64,000 bases of DNA from Hyphomicrobiales bacterium (GTDB lineage: Bacteria > Pseudomonadota > Alphaproteobacteria > Rhizobiales > JAJFHC01). The stretch is taken from assembly GCA_965275905.1 (NCBI GenBank), contig CBDHYJ010000078.1:10908-74907 (forward strand), given 5' to 3'. Shown in pieces: positions 1 to 12,935 of the stretch; positions within the stretch are counted from its first letter, which is position 1; the number at the start of each line of letters is the position of its first letter. The translations under genes and the position numbers were made by a program. The notes below the pieces were generated by a model. It had not been told where the DNA came from. It ran no database searches and saw only the letters and a program-made list of their open reading frames with translations.

Positions 1-3000
1 TGTAGCGGCTCCACGTCAAGCGTGCCGGAGGCGTTGGCAACAATACCTTTCGTCGCGGCTATGGCACCGGCAACGGTCGTGTAATAGGGAATCTTGTTGA
101 TCAGGGCCGTGCGCCTGAGCGAGCGGCTGTCCTCGAGCGCCTTGGCGCCTTCCGTCGTGTTGATGACCAGCTGCACGTCGGCGTTCTTCATGGCGTCGAC
201 GATATGCGGCCGTCCCTCGAGCACCTTGTTGACCTTGGTGCACGGAATGCCCTCCGCTTCCAGGAAGCGTTGCGTGCCTCCGGTCGCGATGATCTTGAAT
301 CCGGCATCGACCAGCTCGCGGACGGATTCGATGATCCGGGACTTGTCGGAGTCCTTGACCGACACGAAGGCGGTTCCCCTGGACGGCACGGCGGTGCCGC
401 CGCCGAGCTGGCTCTTGGCGAAGGCGGTCGCATAGTCGCGGTCGATCCCCATCACTTCACCGGTCGACCGCATTTCCGGGCCAAGCACGGTGTCGACACC
501 CTGGAACCGGGCGAACGGGAACACGGCCTCCTTGACCGCGACGTGGTTCAGTTCCTTGCGTGTCAGATTGAACCCGGCCAGCGGCTCGCCGGCCATGACG
601 CGGGCGGCGATCTTGGCGATCGGGACTCCGATGACCTTGGCGACGAACGGCACCGTCCGGCTGGCGCGCGGGTTGACCTCCAGCACGTATATCTCGCCGT
701 CCTTTATCGCGAACTGGACGTTCATGAGTCCGACGACATTGAGCGCAAGCGCAAGCGACCGCGTCTGGTCTTCGAGCCGGCCGATCGTCTCCTTGTTGAG
801 CGAATGTACGGGCAGGGAACAGGCGCTGTCGCCGGAGTGAACGCCGGCTTCCTCGATGTGTTCCATGATGCCGCAGATGAAGACGTCCTTGCCGTCGGCA
901 AGCGCGTCGACGTCGACCTCGATGGCGTCGCGCAGGTAACTGTCTATCAGCACGGGGCTCGATCCCGACACGACGACGGCCTCGGAGATGTAGCGATCGA
1001 GCTGCGTCATGTCGTGCACGATCTCCATGGCGCGGCCGCCAAGCACGTAGGACGGCCTGATGACGACTGGGAAGCCGATCCGCCCTGCGATTTCCCTTGC
1101 CTCTTCGGCGCTGGTGGCGATTCCGTTGTTCGGCTGGGTGAGGTCCAGATCCTGCAGCAGCGACTTGAACCTGTCGCGGTCTTCCGCAAGATCAATGGCA
1201 TCCGGCGACGTGCCGAGGATCGTGATGTCGGCGTTCTCCAGCGCATGCGCCAGCTTGAGCGGAGTCTGGCCGCCGAACTGGACGATGACGCCGTGCACGC
1301 TGCCGTTGCTCTGTTCGGTGTGAATGAGCTCGAGCACATCCTCTCGGGTCAGCGGTTCGAAGTAGAGCCGGTCGGACGTGTCGTAATCGGTCGAGACGGT
1401 TTCCGGATTGCAGTTGACCATGATGGTCTCGTACCCGGCTTCGTCCAGCGCGAAGGCGGCGTGGCAGCAGCAGTAATCGAACTCGATACCCTGGCCGATC
1501 CTGTTCGGACCGCCGCCGAGGATGATCGCCTTCTTGCGGTCCGAGGGCCGGGCCTCGTTGCCGTCGTCGCCGGGAAAGCCGGTCTCATAGGTCGAGTACA
1601 TGTACGCCGTTGGAGAGGCGAACTCCGCGGCGCAGGTGTCGATGCGCTTGTAGACCGGGCGGACATCGAGGCCATGCCGCAGGGCGGTCACCTCGTGTTC
1701 GTCGAGGCCGCTCAGTTCGGCCAGGCGTTCGTCCGAGAAACCCATGGCCTTGAGTGCGCGCAGGTTGAAGGCGTCGCGCGGCAGGCCGAGCTGGCGGACC
1801 TTTTCCTCTGTGTCGACAATGTCCTGGAGCTGTTCGATGAACCAGGGGTCGAGACTGCACGACGCAAAGATCTGGTCGTGGCTGATGCCGAGTCGCAGAG
1901 CCTGGGCCACCTTGAGCAGACGGTCAGGCGTGGGGACTGCCAGGGCGGCGCGGATGGCATTCTTGTCATCACCCTCGCCGAGGCCGTCGATCTCGATTTC
2001 GTTCAGTCCCGTGAGGCCCGTTTCCATCGACCGCAGCGCCTTCTGCAGCGACTCCTTGAACGTCCGTCCGATCGCCATGGCCTCGCCGACCGATTTCATG
2101 GTCGTGGTCAGATAGGGCTCGGCGCCCGGGAACTTCTCGAAAGCGAAGCGCGGCATCTTGGTGACGACATAGTCGATGCTGGGCTCGAATGACGCCGGCG
2201 TGATGCCCTGCGTGATGTCGTTCTCCAGCTCATCCAGCGTGTAGCCGACGGCGAGCCGGGCCGCGACCTTGGCGATCGGGAAGCCGGTGGCCTTGGAGGC
2301 GAGCGCGGAAGACCGCGACACGCGCGGGTTCATCTCGATGACGACGAGCCGGCCGTCCTTCGGATTGATGGCGAACTGCACGTTGGAGCCGCCGGTCTCA
2401 ACCCCGATCTCGCGCAGCACCGCGATCGAGGCGTTGCGCATGATCTGGTATTCTTTGTCGGTCAGGGTCAGGGCCGGCGCAACGGTGATTGAGTCGCCGG
2501 TATGGACGCCCATGGGATCGACGTTTTCGATCGAGCAGACGATGATGCAGTTGTCCGCTCTGTCGCGGACGACCTCCATCTCGTATTCCTTCCAGCCGAG
2601 CACCGATTCCTCGATCAGCACTTCCGATGTCGGCGAGGCGTCGAGCCCGCGTTCGACGATCTCGAAGAATTCGTCCCGGTTGTAGGCGATGCCGCCGCCG
2701 GTGCCGCCAAGGGTGAAGGAAGGCCGGATGATCGCCGGCAGGCCGACGAACTCGAGCGCTTCGGCCGCGAGCACGAGCGCGCGGTTCTGGTAGCGCTCCT
2801 TGCGCTCCCGCTCGCCGGATCGCCAGGCTTTCTCGAATGCGGCGATCTCGGCCGATCCGTCGCCGTGTTCGGCCGTCAGCTCGGCCAGTTCGTCGGCGTA
2901 TTTCTGCTTGTCCTCGGCCTTGAGCTCCGAGGCGTTGGCAAGCTTGGAGCGTGGCGTTTCCAGGCCGATCCGCTCCATTGCTTCGCGGAAAAGCTTCCGG

Positions 3001-3383
3001 TCCTCGGCCTTGTCGATGGCGGCTGCGTCCGCGCCGATCATCTCGACGCCGAACTTGTCCAGCACGCCCATGCGCCGCAGCGACAGCGCGCAGTTCAGCG
3101 CGGTCTGCCCGCCCATGGTCGGCAGCAGGGCGTCGGGCCGTTCGCGTTCGATGATGCGGGCGACGATCTCGGGCGTGATCGGCTCCACATAGGTGGCATC
3201 CGCCAGATCCGGGTCGGTCATGATGGTCGCCGGATTGGAGTTGACCAGGACGATACGGTAGCCCTCGGCCTTGAGCGCCTTGCAGGCCTGGGTTCCGGAA
3301 TAGTCGAATTCGCAGGCTTGGCCGATGATGATCGGGCCGGCGCCGATGATGAGAATGCTCTGGATGTCTGTTCTTTTGGGCAT
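1..3383 (-). CDS. carB: carbamoyl-phosphate synthase large subunit (3' end off-window)
   Basis: Reverse strand from ATG (complement of 3381-3383) reads [58 protein letters not shown], the canonical CarB N-terminus. The frame stays open to nt 1, where it reads the C-terminal MGS-like domain ([32 protein letters not shown]). It is absent from the ORF track because the stop lies outside the window. Confidence 0.95.
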   Translation of the reverse strand, partial: MPKRTDIQSILIIGAGPIIIGQACEFDYSGTQACKALKAEGYRIVLVNSNPATIMTDPDLADATYVEPITPEIVARIIERERPDALLPTMGGQTALNCALSLRRMGVLDKFGVEMIGADAAAIDKAEDRKLFREAMERIGLETPRSKLANASELKAEDKQKYADELAELTAEHGDGSAEIAAFEKAWRSGERERKERYQNRALVLAAEALEFVGLPAIIRPSFTLGGTGGGIAYNRDEFFEIVERGLDASPTSEVLIEESVLGWKEYEMEVVRDRADNCIIVCSIENVDPMGVHTGDSITVAPALTLTDKEYQIMRNASIAVLREIGVETGGSNVQFAINPKDGRLVVIEMNPRVSRSSALASKATGFPIAKVAARLAVGYTLDELENDITQGITPASFEPSIDYVVTKMPRFAFEKFPGAEPYLTTTMKSVGEAMAIGRTFKESLQKALRSMETGLTGLNEIEIDGLGEGDDKNAIRAALAVPTPDRLLKVAQALRLGISHDQIFASCSLDPWFIEQLQDIVDTEEKVRQLGLPRDAFNLRALKAMGFSDERLAELSGLDEHEVTALRHGLDVRPVYKRIDTCAAEFASPTAYMYSTYETGFPGDDGNEARPSDRKKAIILGGGPNRIGQGIEFDYCCCHAAFALDEAGYETIMVNCNPETVSTDYDTSDRLYFEPLTREDVLELIHTEQSNGSVHGVIVQFGGQTPLKLAHALENADITILGTSPDAIDLAEDRDRFKSLLQDLDLTQPNNGIATSAEEAREIAGRIGFPVVIRPSYVLGGRAMEIVHDMTQLDRYISEAVVVSGSSPVLIDSYLRDAIEVDVDALADGKDVFICGIMEHIEEAGVHSGDSACSLPVHSLNKETIGRLEDQTRSLALALNVVGLMNVQFAIKDGEIYVLEVNPRASRTVPFVAKVIGVPIAKIAARVMAGEPLAGFNLTRKELNHVAVKEAVFPFARFQGVDTVLGPEMRSTGEVMGIDRDYATAFAKSQLGGGTAVPSRGTAFVSVKDSDKSRIIESVRELVDAGFKIIATGGTQRFLEAEGIPCTKVNKVLEGRPHIVDAMKNADVQLVINTTEGAKALEDSRSLRRTALINKIPYYTTVAGAIAATKGIVANASGTLDVEPL

Positions 3384-3503
3384 CTGGGTTCAGTCTGTCG
3401 CGTTCTGGTTCAGGTAGCCGGGAACACATCTGGCGTTGTGCCCCTGCCGTCCTTTGTTATGATCATCTCCCATCGGGTTGCCTGCGGGAGACAGTTGAGC
3501 GTA

Positions 3504-4358
3504 ATGCGGTTTGGTCGGGTTTCCATGGGTCGCCGGCGGTACGGCCGGCGCGGCCGTTTCAAGATGTGGCCTGTGATCCTGTTCGGGGCCTTCGCCGCGT
3601 ACTACTACTTCGCCAACCAGGAATCCGTGCCGGTCACCGGCCGCAGCCAGCTTGTCACCATGGACCGCCAGCAGGAGATGGCGCTCGGGCTGGCGTCCTT
3701 CGAGAAAGTGCTGTCCACGTCCGTCGTCCTGCGGGAAGGCAGGGCGGTCGATGTGATCGAAAGCATCGGGCGGCGCATCGCCAAGGCCGCCGCCGAGCAC
3801 GATCCCGGATTCAAGTGGGAATTCAAGGTCATCAAATCCGACCAGGTGAACGCCTTCGCGCTGCCTGGCGGCAAGGTGGCGGTGTTCACCGGCATCCTGC
3901 CGGTGGCCGCGAACGTGAACGGCCTTGCCGCGATCATGGGTCATGAGGTCGCCCACGCCCTTGCCCGGCACGGCGCGGAGCGCATGGCACAGCAGCAACT
4001 GCTGCAGTGGGGCCAGCTTGCCGTCGGCATGGCGGCGGGCGAGCTTGACCGCGGCACGCAGCAGATGATCATGGGGGCGTTCGGCATGGGTGCGCAGTAC
4101 GGCGCCCTGCTGCCGTTTTCGCGCAGGCACGAGTCCGAGGCCGACTATATCGGGCTGATCCTGATGGCGAAGGCCTGTTTCGATCCGCGCGAGGCGCCGA
4201 AGCTGTGGCAGCGCATGGGCAAGGCGGCCCAGGGCCGCGGCGGCAAGCCTCCGGAATTCATGTCCACCCACCCCAGTGCAGAGACCAGAATCCGACAGTT
4301 CAAGGAATGGATGCCTGAGGCGCTCGAAATACGGAAAAAACACTGCGGGGATCAATAG
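3504..4358 (+). CDS. M48-family zinc metalloprotease, membrane-anchored
   Basis: This is the 3' third of ORF 2502..4358; the upstream part is an antisense shadow of carB. From ATG 3504 (alternatives 3525, 3564) there is one TM helix (WPVILFGAFAAYYYF), an HExxH motif (HEVAHALARH) and a downstream ESEADYIGL segment typical of M48 peptidases. Confidence 0.8.
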   Translation: MRFGRVSMGRRRYGRRGRFKMWPVILFGAFAAYYYFANQESVPVTGRSQLVTMDRQQEMALGLASFEKVLSTSVVLREGRAVDVIESIGRRIAKAAAEHDPGFKWEFKVIKSDQVNAFALPGGKVAVFTGILPVAANVNGLAAIMGHEVAHALARHGAERMAQQQLLQWGQLAVGMAAGELDRGTQQMIMGAFGMGAQYGALLPFSRRHESEADYIGLILMAKACFDPREAPKLWQRMGKAAQGRGGKPPEFMSTHPSAETRIRQFKEWMPEALEIRKKHCGDQ

Positions 4359-4372
4359 GGCGCTGGCGGCGC

Positions 4373-5605
4373 TCACCGCTTTGCCTCCATGAGCCCGACA
4401 AATCGTTCGAACAGGTAGTGGCTGTCCTGCGGGCCCGGCGAGGCTTCCGGATGATACTGCACCGAGAAAATCGGGCGTCCCTCGACCGCAAGGCCGCAAT
4501 TCGATCCGTCAAACAGGGAAACGTGGGTCTCCTTGACCCCGTCCGGCAGGGTTTCCCGGTCGACGGCAAAGCCGTGGTTCATGGACGTGATTTCGACCTT
4601 GTCGGTCGTGTGGTCCATGACCGGATGGTTGGCGCCGTGGTGGCCGTGGTGCATCTTTACAGTGGTGGCGCCGAGGGCCAGGGCCAGCATCTGGTGGCCG
4701 AGGCAGATGCCGAAAACGGGCAGGCCGCTGTCGATCAGTTCGCGGATGACGGGCACGGCATATTCGCCGGTGGCGGCCGGGTCGCCCGGACCGTTGGACA
4801 GAAAGATGCCGTCCGGTTGCAGAGCGAGCACGTCTTCGGCGGAAGTCTTCGCCGGAACGACTGTGACGCGGCAGCCGGCATTGGCGAGACAACGCAGGAT
4901 GTTCCGCTTGAGCCCGTAGTCGATGGCGACAACGTGGTGTTTCGGATCTTCGAGCCGGCCAAACCCCGCATCCCACTCCCAGCGCATCTCGTCCCAGTCG
5001 TAGCGCTGACCGCTGGTGACCTCGATCGCAAGGTCCATGCCTTCGAGACCGGGCCAGGCGGCGGCCTCGCGCTTCAACTTTTCGAGATCGAACGTGCCGT
5101 CCGGCGAGTGGGCGATTACCGCGTTGGGCATGCCCTGTTCGCGGATGCGTGCGGTCAGGGCGCGAGTATCGACGCCGGAAATGACAATGATTCCGCGCGC
5201 AGACAGCCAGTCGCTGAGGTGCCGGGCGGCGCGATAGTTGGACGGTTCCGTTATCCCTGCGCGCAGCACGGCGCCGCGCACACCCGATGACGAGGCAAGA
5301 TTCGACGTTTCGATATCCTCGTCATTTGCGCCGACGTTGCCTATATGGGGAAACGTGAAGGTGATGATCTGACCGGCATAGGATGGATCGGTCAGTATCT
5401 CCTGGTAGCCGGTGATCGCGGTGTTGAAGCAGACTTCTCCGACCGCATGACCGACGGCTCCGAGGCCGAACCCTTCGATAACTGTTCCGTCAGCGAGCAC
5501 GAGTAACGCGGTGAACACGGGAGTGTCCCAGGTTGCCGCCGTGGCCGCAGCGACTCCGGCCGAACCGGCGAGGCCTGGTCCGGGCAGGGCGTCATTGTCA
5601 GCCAT
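4373..5605 (-). CDS. carA: carbamoyl-phosphate synthase small (glutaminase) subunit
   Basis: ORF 4373..5719, trimmed to the ATG at 5605 (AGGAG 8 nt upstream). It has the CPSase small-chain N-domain ([25 protein letters not shown]) and class-I amidotransferase motifs ([20 protein letters not shown]). Confidence 0.93.
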   Translation of the reverse strand: MADNDALPGPGLAGSAGVAAATAATWDTPVFTALLVLADGTVIEGFGLGAVGHAVGEVCFNTAITGYQEILTDPSYAGQIITFTFPHIGNVGANDEDIETSNLASSSGVRGAVLRAGITEPSNYRAARHLSDWLSARGIIVISGVDTRALTARIREQGMPNAVIAHSPDGTFDLEKLKREAAAWPGLEGMDLAIEVTSGQRYDWDEMRWEWDAGFGRLEDPKHHVVAIDYGLKRNILRCLANAGCRVTVVPAKTSAEDVLALQPDGIFLSNGPGDPAATGEYAVPVIRELIDSGLPVFGICLGHQMLALALGATTVKMHHGHHGANHPVMDHTTDKVEITSMNHGFAVDRETLPDGVKETHVSLFDGSNCGLAVEGRPIFSVQYHPEASPGPQDSHYLFERFVGLMEAKR

Positions 5606-5864
5606 TTCAGATGCTCCTTGAGCTGGCCGGTGTGGGGTAGGCCTCAGATCCGCTAAACACTGATACGGCAGATTTACGCAGCGGAATATGTAGGCGTCCG
5701 GCCAAATTGCGCGGGACAATAGTGAAAACTCCGGGCGCAGTCAACAGCAGGTAAAAAAATATTTTCTTACGTAAAATCAATCACTTACAGGGCGTACATT
5801 CAATTGCCCTCAACACCGGAATGAGGTTATGGTGGTGGCTTTCAGAAACCAGTTTGAGGCTCCT

Positions 5865-6329
5865 ATGAGCGATCAAATTCGCGAGCAGATCAATCTCGCT
5901 TTGAAGGATGCCGTGAAGGCTCAGGACAAGCCGAGAATGTCGACTTTGCGACTGATCAATGCAGCGATCAAAGACCGGGACATTGCAGCAAGAACCGGGG
6001 GCAAGAGTGACGGTGTGGGCGACGCCGAGGTGCTCGACATCCTTTCCAAGATGGTCAAGCAGCGCAGGGAAGCCGCGACGACCTACGAAGAGGCCGGCAG
6101 GCTGGAACTCGCGGAGCAGGAACAGACAGAGATTTCAATCATTTCCGATTTCCTGCCGCGACAGCTCGACAGCGACCAGATGGAAGCGGCCTGCAAGGAA
6201 GTGGTCGGTGAACTGGGCGCGGCGGGGCTCAAGGACATGGGCCGGACGATGGGGGCGCTGAAAGAGCGCTTTTCCGGCCAGATGGACTTCGGCAAGGCGA
6301 GCGCCGTCGTCAAGAAACTCCTGGGGTGA
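5865..6329 (+). CDS. GatB/YqeY domain-containing protein
   Basis: ORF 5829..6329, start moved to ATG 5865 (GAGG 5 nt upstream). MSDQIREQINLALKDAVKAQDKPRMSTLRLINAAIKDRDI resembles the YqeY/GatB C-terminal-domain family. Confidence 0.85.
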   Translation: MSDQIREQINLALKDAVKAQDKPRMSTLRLINAAIKDRDIAARTGGKSDGVGDAEVLDILSKMVKQRREAATTYEEAGRLELAEQEQTEISIISDFLPRQLDSDQMEAACKEVVGELGAAGLKDMGRTMGALKERFSGQMDFGKASAVVKKLLG

Positions 6330-6444
6330 TCGGCCGCGCGCGGCCGGGTTTCAAAGGTCTGTTGATTGATTCGGTTTGTGATTCGCCTTTTGCGGGGCGA
6401 ATCCGCTAAATTGATCCGATTCTGCAACACCGTCCCGGCTGCGC

Positions 6445-8379
6445 ATGAAATTTCCCCCGTCTTTCCTCGATGAGATCAGGGCCCGGATACCCGTATCCGA
6501 GGTCGTGGCGCGCCGTGTGAAACTGACGAAGCGTGGCCGCGAGTTCGTCGGGCTGAGCCCGTTCAATCCCGAGAAGACTCCGTCCTTCACGGTCAACGAC
6601 CAGAAGGGCTTCTATCATTGCTTCTCGTCCGGGAAACACGGCGACATTTTCCGTTTTGCCATGGAGACCGAAGGACTCAGCTTCCCCGAAGCCGTCGAGC
6701 GGCTCGCGGGCGAGGCCGGTATCCCCATGCCGCAGCGCAGTCCGGACGATATCGTGCGCGAGCAGAAGCGTGCGGGTCTTTACGAGATCATGGAAATGGC
6801 GTCGGCCTATTTCGAGGGCCTGCTGCAGCAGAGCGACGGGGCCGGCGCGCGGGGCTATCTCTCCGACCGCGGTCTGGCGGTCAGAACGCAGCAGGCGTTC
6901 CGCCTGGGCTATGCGGGTGCGGGCCGTCATGCGCTCAAGTCGCATCTGGGCGGGCTCAACGTGGCGCCGGAACAGATGGTCGAGGCTGGTCTGCTCATTG
7001 CTGGCGACGATATCCCGGTCTCCTACGACCGGTTCCGCGACCGCGTGATGTTCCCGATCACGGACCAGAAAAACCGCGTGATTGCGTTTGGGGGCAGGGC
7101 GTTGTCACCGGACGTTCCCGCCAAATACCTCAATTCGCCCGAGACGCCGCTGTTCCACAAGGGAGCCGTCCTCTACAACTTTGCCACGGCGCGCAAGGCG
7201 GCTTACGACACCGGCACCATGATTGCCGTGGAAGGCTATATGGACGTGATCGCGCTGGGTGCGGCCGGCTTTGCCAATGCAGTGGCGCCGCTTGGCACCG
7301 CGCTGACGCCCAACCAGATTCAACTGATGTGGCGCGCGGCACCCGAGCCGATCCTGTGTTTCGACGGCGACAAGGCAGGGCTCAAGGCGGCCTACCGCGC
7401 GGTCGAGACGGTCCTGCCGCTGCTCAAGCCCGGCCATTCGCTCAAGTTCGCGCTTCTGCCCGAAGGCCAGGACCCGGACGATCTCATCCGCGAGCAGGGC
7501 CGGGACGCCATGGAAGAGGTTCTGGCGGCGGCCCGGCCGCTCGCCGACATGCTGTGGAAGCGCGAGATCGAGCAGGACAGTTGGGAAACCCCGGAACGGC
7601 GCGCCCAACTCGAAGCCCGCTTCGACGAGTTGCTGGGGACCATCGGCGATCCGAAGGTGAAGCGGCACTACGAGGCCGATCTCGAAGACCGCCTCAGGCG
7701 CCACTGGGGCCGCGACGAACGGCGTTTCGGCCGGTCAGGGCGAGCATATGGCCGCCAGCCGGCTGGGCGCTCACAGCGGCGCGGCGGAAGGCCGTCTCCG
7801 GGGTGGCAAATGGGCCCGGCGCCGGCCACCGAGTCCCTCAAATCCAGCGCGCTCGTGCGCGGCCACAGAACGTCGATGTCCAGCCGGGAGCGCATTCTGC
7901 TTCTGGGCGTGCTCAATCATCCGGAGCTTCTGGTCCAGTACGCCGAGGAATTCGCCGAAACAGAATTCGAATCACGGGACCTTGACAGGCTGAGGGTGGA
8001 AATTCTAGATATCGCCGCCCATTTTGTACCACTTGACAGTCGAACTCTGCGCGACCAACTGATGTCTCGCGCAATGCTGGGCACTGTTGAGCGTCTGGAA
8101 GGCGGAAAAACAGTCAGGAGTGATTGGTTTGTTGACAGTGGCGCAGCGGCCACGGATGCGGAGACGGGGTGGCTGCACACCCTTGCCCTGCACAGAAAAT
8201 CACTCACATTACAAAAGGAACTGAAGGCTGCCGAACTAGCATTCGGTCAAGACGGCAGTGAAGAGAATTTCGAAAGACTCAGGGATATCCGAATGCAACT
8301 GCTGAGCGCGGAAGGAACTGAGGCGACTGTGGAGGGGTTTGGCGAGGCGTCGCAGGACGTAATCGAAGTGAGTCGTTAG
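6445..8379 (+). CDS. dnaG: DNA primase
   Basis: CHC2 zinc-finger region (GLSPFNPEKTPSFTVNDQKGFYHCFSSGKHGD) and TOPRIM region (IAVEGYMDVIAL ... CFDGDKAG); 644 aa; lies directly upstream of rpoD as in the classical dnaG-rpoD arrangement. Confidence 0.95.
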   Translation: MKFPPSFLDEIRARIPVSEVVARRVKLTKRGREFVGLSPFNPEKTPSFTVNDQKGFYHCFSSGKHGDIFRFAMETEGLSFPEAVERLAGEAGIPMPQRSPDDIVREQKRAGLYEIMEMASAYFEGLLQQSDGAGARGYLSDRGLAVRTQQAFRLGYAGAGRHALKSHLGGLNVAPEQMVEAGLLIAGDDIPVSYDRFRDRVMFPITDQKNRVIAFGGRALSPDVPAKYLNSPETPLFHKGAVLYNFATARKAAYDTGTMIAVEGYMDVIALGAAGFANAVAPLGTALTPNQIQLMWRAAPEPILCFDGDKAGLKAAYRAVETVLPLLKPGHSLKFALLPEGQDPDDLIREQGRDAMEEVLAAARPLADMLWKREIEQDSWETPERRAQLEARFDELLGTIGDPKVKRHYEADLEDRLRRHWGRDERRFGRSGRAYGRQPAGRSQRRGGRPSPGWQMGPAPATESLKSSALVRGHRTSMSSRERILLLGVLNHPELLVQYAEEFAETEFESRDLDRLRVEILDIAAHFVPLDSRTLRDQLMSRAMLGTVERLEGGKTVRSDWFVDSGAAATDAETGWLHTLALHRKSLTLQKELKAAELAFGQDGSEENFERLRDIRMQLLSAEGTEATVEGFGEASQDVIEVSR

Positions 8380-8535
8380 GTTTCGCTTGGTTAATTCGTG
8401 CTTAAGACACTTGGCCTTATCTAGTAAATGTACCAGATGTCATGCCGCCCGGTACCGGCGGCGTGAAGGGCGGACGCAAACTTAAACGGACTTGTCGCCG
8501 CAGACAGGCAGACGTCGCGGTTGGAGATACTGTAT

Positions 8536-10548
<2,013 letters not shown>

Positions 10549-10578
10549 GGCAGGACCCGCGCAACCGCTTTTACGGAA

Positions 10579-10609
10579 AACCGCCCGATCTCTTTGATTT
10601 CGGGCGGTT
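10579..10609 (+). terminator. GC-rich stem-loop after rpoD (candidate intrinsic terminator)
   Basis: aaccgcccga / tcgggcggtt forms a perfect 10-bp stem around an 11-nt loop, 31 nt after the rpoD stop. There is no clear U-tract. Confidence 0.5.
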
Positions 10610-10742
10610 GCGCTTGAAGGTTACAACATAGCCGCTGTTGAATAGCTGGGCCGGACGACCTATATACTACTTGTTTTGATTGAGCGTTGGCTGTAAACTA
10701 TAGGATGCTGAACGAGGTTTCAGAAAGTTTGAGGAATCGTAG

Positions 10743-10844
10743 ATGAATAGGTTAATCAAGTTTCTCACTGCAATTGGAACTCTTTGGGCGTCGGCCTCGC
10801 TCTCTGTTGTTGCTTATGCCGGGACGATGAACGTATTGCCCTGA
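10743..10844 (+). CDS. hypothetical 33-aa hydrophobic mini-protein
   Basis: ATG preceded by GAGGAA (gaggaatcgtagATG). Product MNRLIKFLTAIGTLWASASLSVVAYAGTMNVLP is one signal-peptide/TM-like helix. Its stop lies 3 nt from the stop of the convergent 695-aa gene. It is too short for the ORF track. Confidence 0.25.
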   Translation: MNRLIKFLTAIGTLWASASLSVVAYAGTMNVLP

Positions 10845-10847
10845 GAA

Positions 10848-12935
10848 TCATTCCAATTGCTTTAGGTGCCAGTTGGCGGAGCTTCTGTTTTTCTGTGTGA
10901 CGGGACGTTCTCGAAGAATCTGAGGTAGGTTTAGCCGATCAAGAATGAGTTTGTTCTTTTCCTTCCAGTTCGATCTCGCATTCACCGATATTGCATCCGT
11001 TAGCTGTAAGCTCCTATCATAGGCCATAATTGCCAGATTTAGAAGTTTAACAGCGCGGTCCTTCATGATGCTGGTATGGGACTGTCCAGAGCTAATTTGT
11101 TCAATGGCACCAATTGCCTGCCTTAGGTAAATGCTACCCGACGTATCGGACGCGGCAGCATCCATTAAGTTTTTCAAGCTATTATTCTGGTCAATGATGC
11201 AGATCCAATTAATTTCTAATAATTTGCCTGCAGCATTGCTTGCTATTGTTTCATATCTCTCCGTAAATCTATTCAATATTACAGACGTGTAAGCAAATTG
11301 ATTCTCTGTCCTAATTCTCTGAAATATCAGATGTTTTGCATGTCTCAATCTTTTCGCTTCCTTGATTCCAAATGATTCTCCAATATTGCATTCCTGCGTT
11401 AGTGTTACGAAATTATCCGTGCCGCTTCGAATTAATAGGATTCTTGACAAATCGTTTCTTGCTTCGAGCGCCTTATCAGCAAGTAACTCTTTGTCGGCAG
11501 AATTAATAAGAAGGAATATCAAGTAGTCCATCGCCCTAAATTTGTGCCACAGCCCAACGGCAATGTCTTTGTCTGAGAGGCCTAATTTCTCATTCTCTAA
11601 GAACTCCTGTTCAAACTGTCTGACCCAGCCGTCTAGATGAGCAAGCGCTGCCCGCCGGTCTCCAAGTACGTCATAGATTGCTGATATCACCAACGATAGA
11701 TACGGCCTGTCTGTTCTAATTGTTCGAAATGCATCGCGAACAGAGTTGCAAAACTGAACTATCGCATTCTTGGTAGGTTGTTCTTCACTGCAAATTTCAT
11801 AGCTCGCTGCGTCGTTTGAATTTTCCAAGAATGGATCCGTATTTATGAAGTGCTTTTTGTTTCCTTCTTCACTGTCGTACTTTACGAATATGTTAACGGG
11901 TGCAAAATTATTAAAATCCCAAATCATTTCCGTTAATCTTTTGCATCCGTGTTCAAAGTTCTGATCAATTCTTCCCAGTTTTATTGAGCTAGTCAGAAAT
12001 TTTCGAAAAATGGAATCGTATCTAAAATTTTCTTTCAATACTTCAAGCATAACTTGAAATATTTCACTTTGTATCTCTAAAATATCACTATCAGATATCA
12101 AAATTTTATTATTATTTACTACATCTCCAGATGCTAATATTAATCTAAGTCGATTGGCGATTTTTCTGGCTGAATTTGCGATATCATTTATCGACCCAGT
12201 TTTTGTCAATATATTCTTCATGCACAGTGAAACTGGACTTATATAATATTGAAAAAACAATTTGTCTGAATTATTAATTTCTGTGAAATAAGATTTCTTG
12301 TGTGTATTGCTATCCATAATTCGAATCATAAACGACATATCTTCGTCGCGCTCAATCAATTTATGCATATCTACTAATATTCGAAAAACATAAGAATTTG
12401 CTTGATTCTTATTTGTGCTGGTTCGGTGTGCCAATGACAATTCAAACTTCGTTTTATTATTTTTTCTTACCTGCTCTAATTCTATAGATCCAATCGGCGT
12501 CGTGATTCCACTGATGCTCCGGATTAATACGTGAAATCCGATATCGCTAGACCCTAGAAAAAGTATTACTACTGAAAATATGCCCCAATTTCGATGAATT
12601 CGCTTTTCTGATTCGTTAGCAAGGAGGTCCGGATGCATTGTCAATTCGGCCCATTTGCCAAAGATCAACCCAAATACACTTCCTAAAATGAAATAGTAAA
12701 AATCATTAGAATGAAGTTTGATATGCTCCCATCGTCTTTCCAATATCCATAAGGGATCATCTCGATACAAAACGAATAGTGTTGCAATAATAATAATCGA
12801 AAATATGCTGGTAACAGATAATACGAACCACACAAATGCGGGGTGTGATATTCCGTCATATCGTTCTCGAACAATGTAAGCGGATGAAAAGCTAATGGCC
12901 GAGGCGATAATCGCGAATATCAAAAATTCAGACAT
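10848..12935 (-). CDS. hypothetical membrane protein: four N-terminal TM helices plus a ~550-aa helical soluble domain
   Basis: It is the only long ORF in the AT-rich islet, at 695 aa. TM helices are FLIFAIIASAISFSSAYIV, FVWFVLSVTSIFSIIIIATLFVLY, FYYFILGSVFGLIFGKW and WGIFSVVILFLGSSDIGFHVLI. I recognise no catalytic motif in the rest. Confidence 0.7.
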   Translation of the reverse strand: MSEFLIFAIIASAISFSSAYIVRERYDGISHPAFVWFVLSVTSIFSIIIIATLFVLYRDDPLWILERRWEHIKLHSNDFYYFILGSVFGLIFGKWAELTMHPDLLANESEKRIHRNWGIFSVVILFLGSSDIGFHVLIRSISGITTPIGSIELEQVRKNNKTKFELSLAHRTSTNKNQANSYVFRILVDMHKLIERDEDMSFMIRIMDSNTHKKSYFTEINNSDKLFFQYYISPVSLCMKNILTKTGSINDIANSARKIANRLRLILASGDVVNNNKILISDSDILEIQSEIFQVMLEVLKENFRYDSIFRKFLTSSIKLGRIDQNFEHGCKRLTEMIWDFNNFAPVNIFVKYDSEEGNKKHFINTDPFLENSNDAASYEICSEEQPTKNAIVQFCNSVRDAFRTIRTDRPYLSLVISAIYDVLGDRRAALAHLDGWVRQFEQEFLENEKLGLSDKDIAVGLWHKFRAMDYLIFLLINSADKELLADKALEARNDLSRILLIRSGTDNFVTLTQECNIGESFGIKEAKRLRHAKHLIFQRIRTENQFAYTSVILNRFTERYETIASNAAGKLLEINWICIIDQNNSLKNLMDAAASDTSGSIYLRQAIGAIEQISSGQSHTSIMKDRAVKLLNLAIMAYDRSLQLTDAISVNARSNWKEKNKLILDRLNLPQILRERPVTQKNRSSANWHLKQLE

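Noticed and set aside
204-2192. 662-aa plus-strand ORF, with a similar one upstream of 3504 inside ORF 2502..4358
   Set aside because: It is an antisense shadow of carB. The minus strand encodes unmistakable CarB sequence, while the plus-strand translation is low-complexity and R/G/A/D-rich, typical of high-GC shadow frames.
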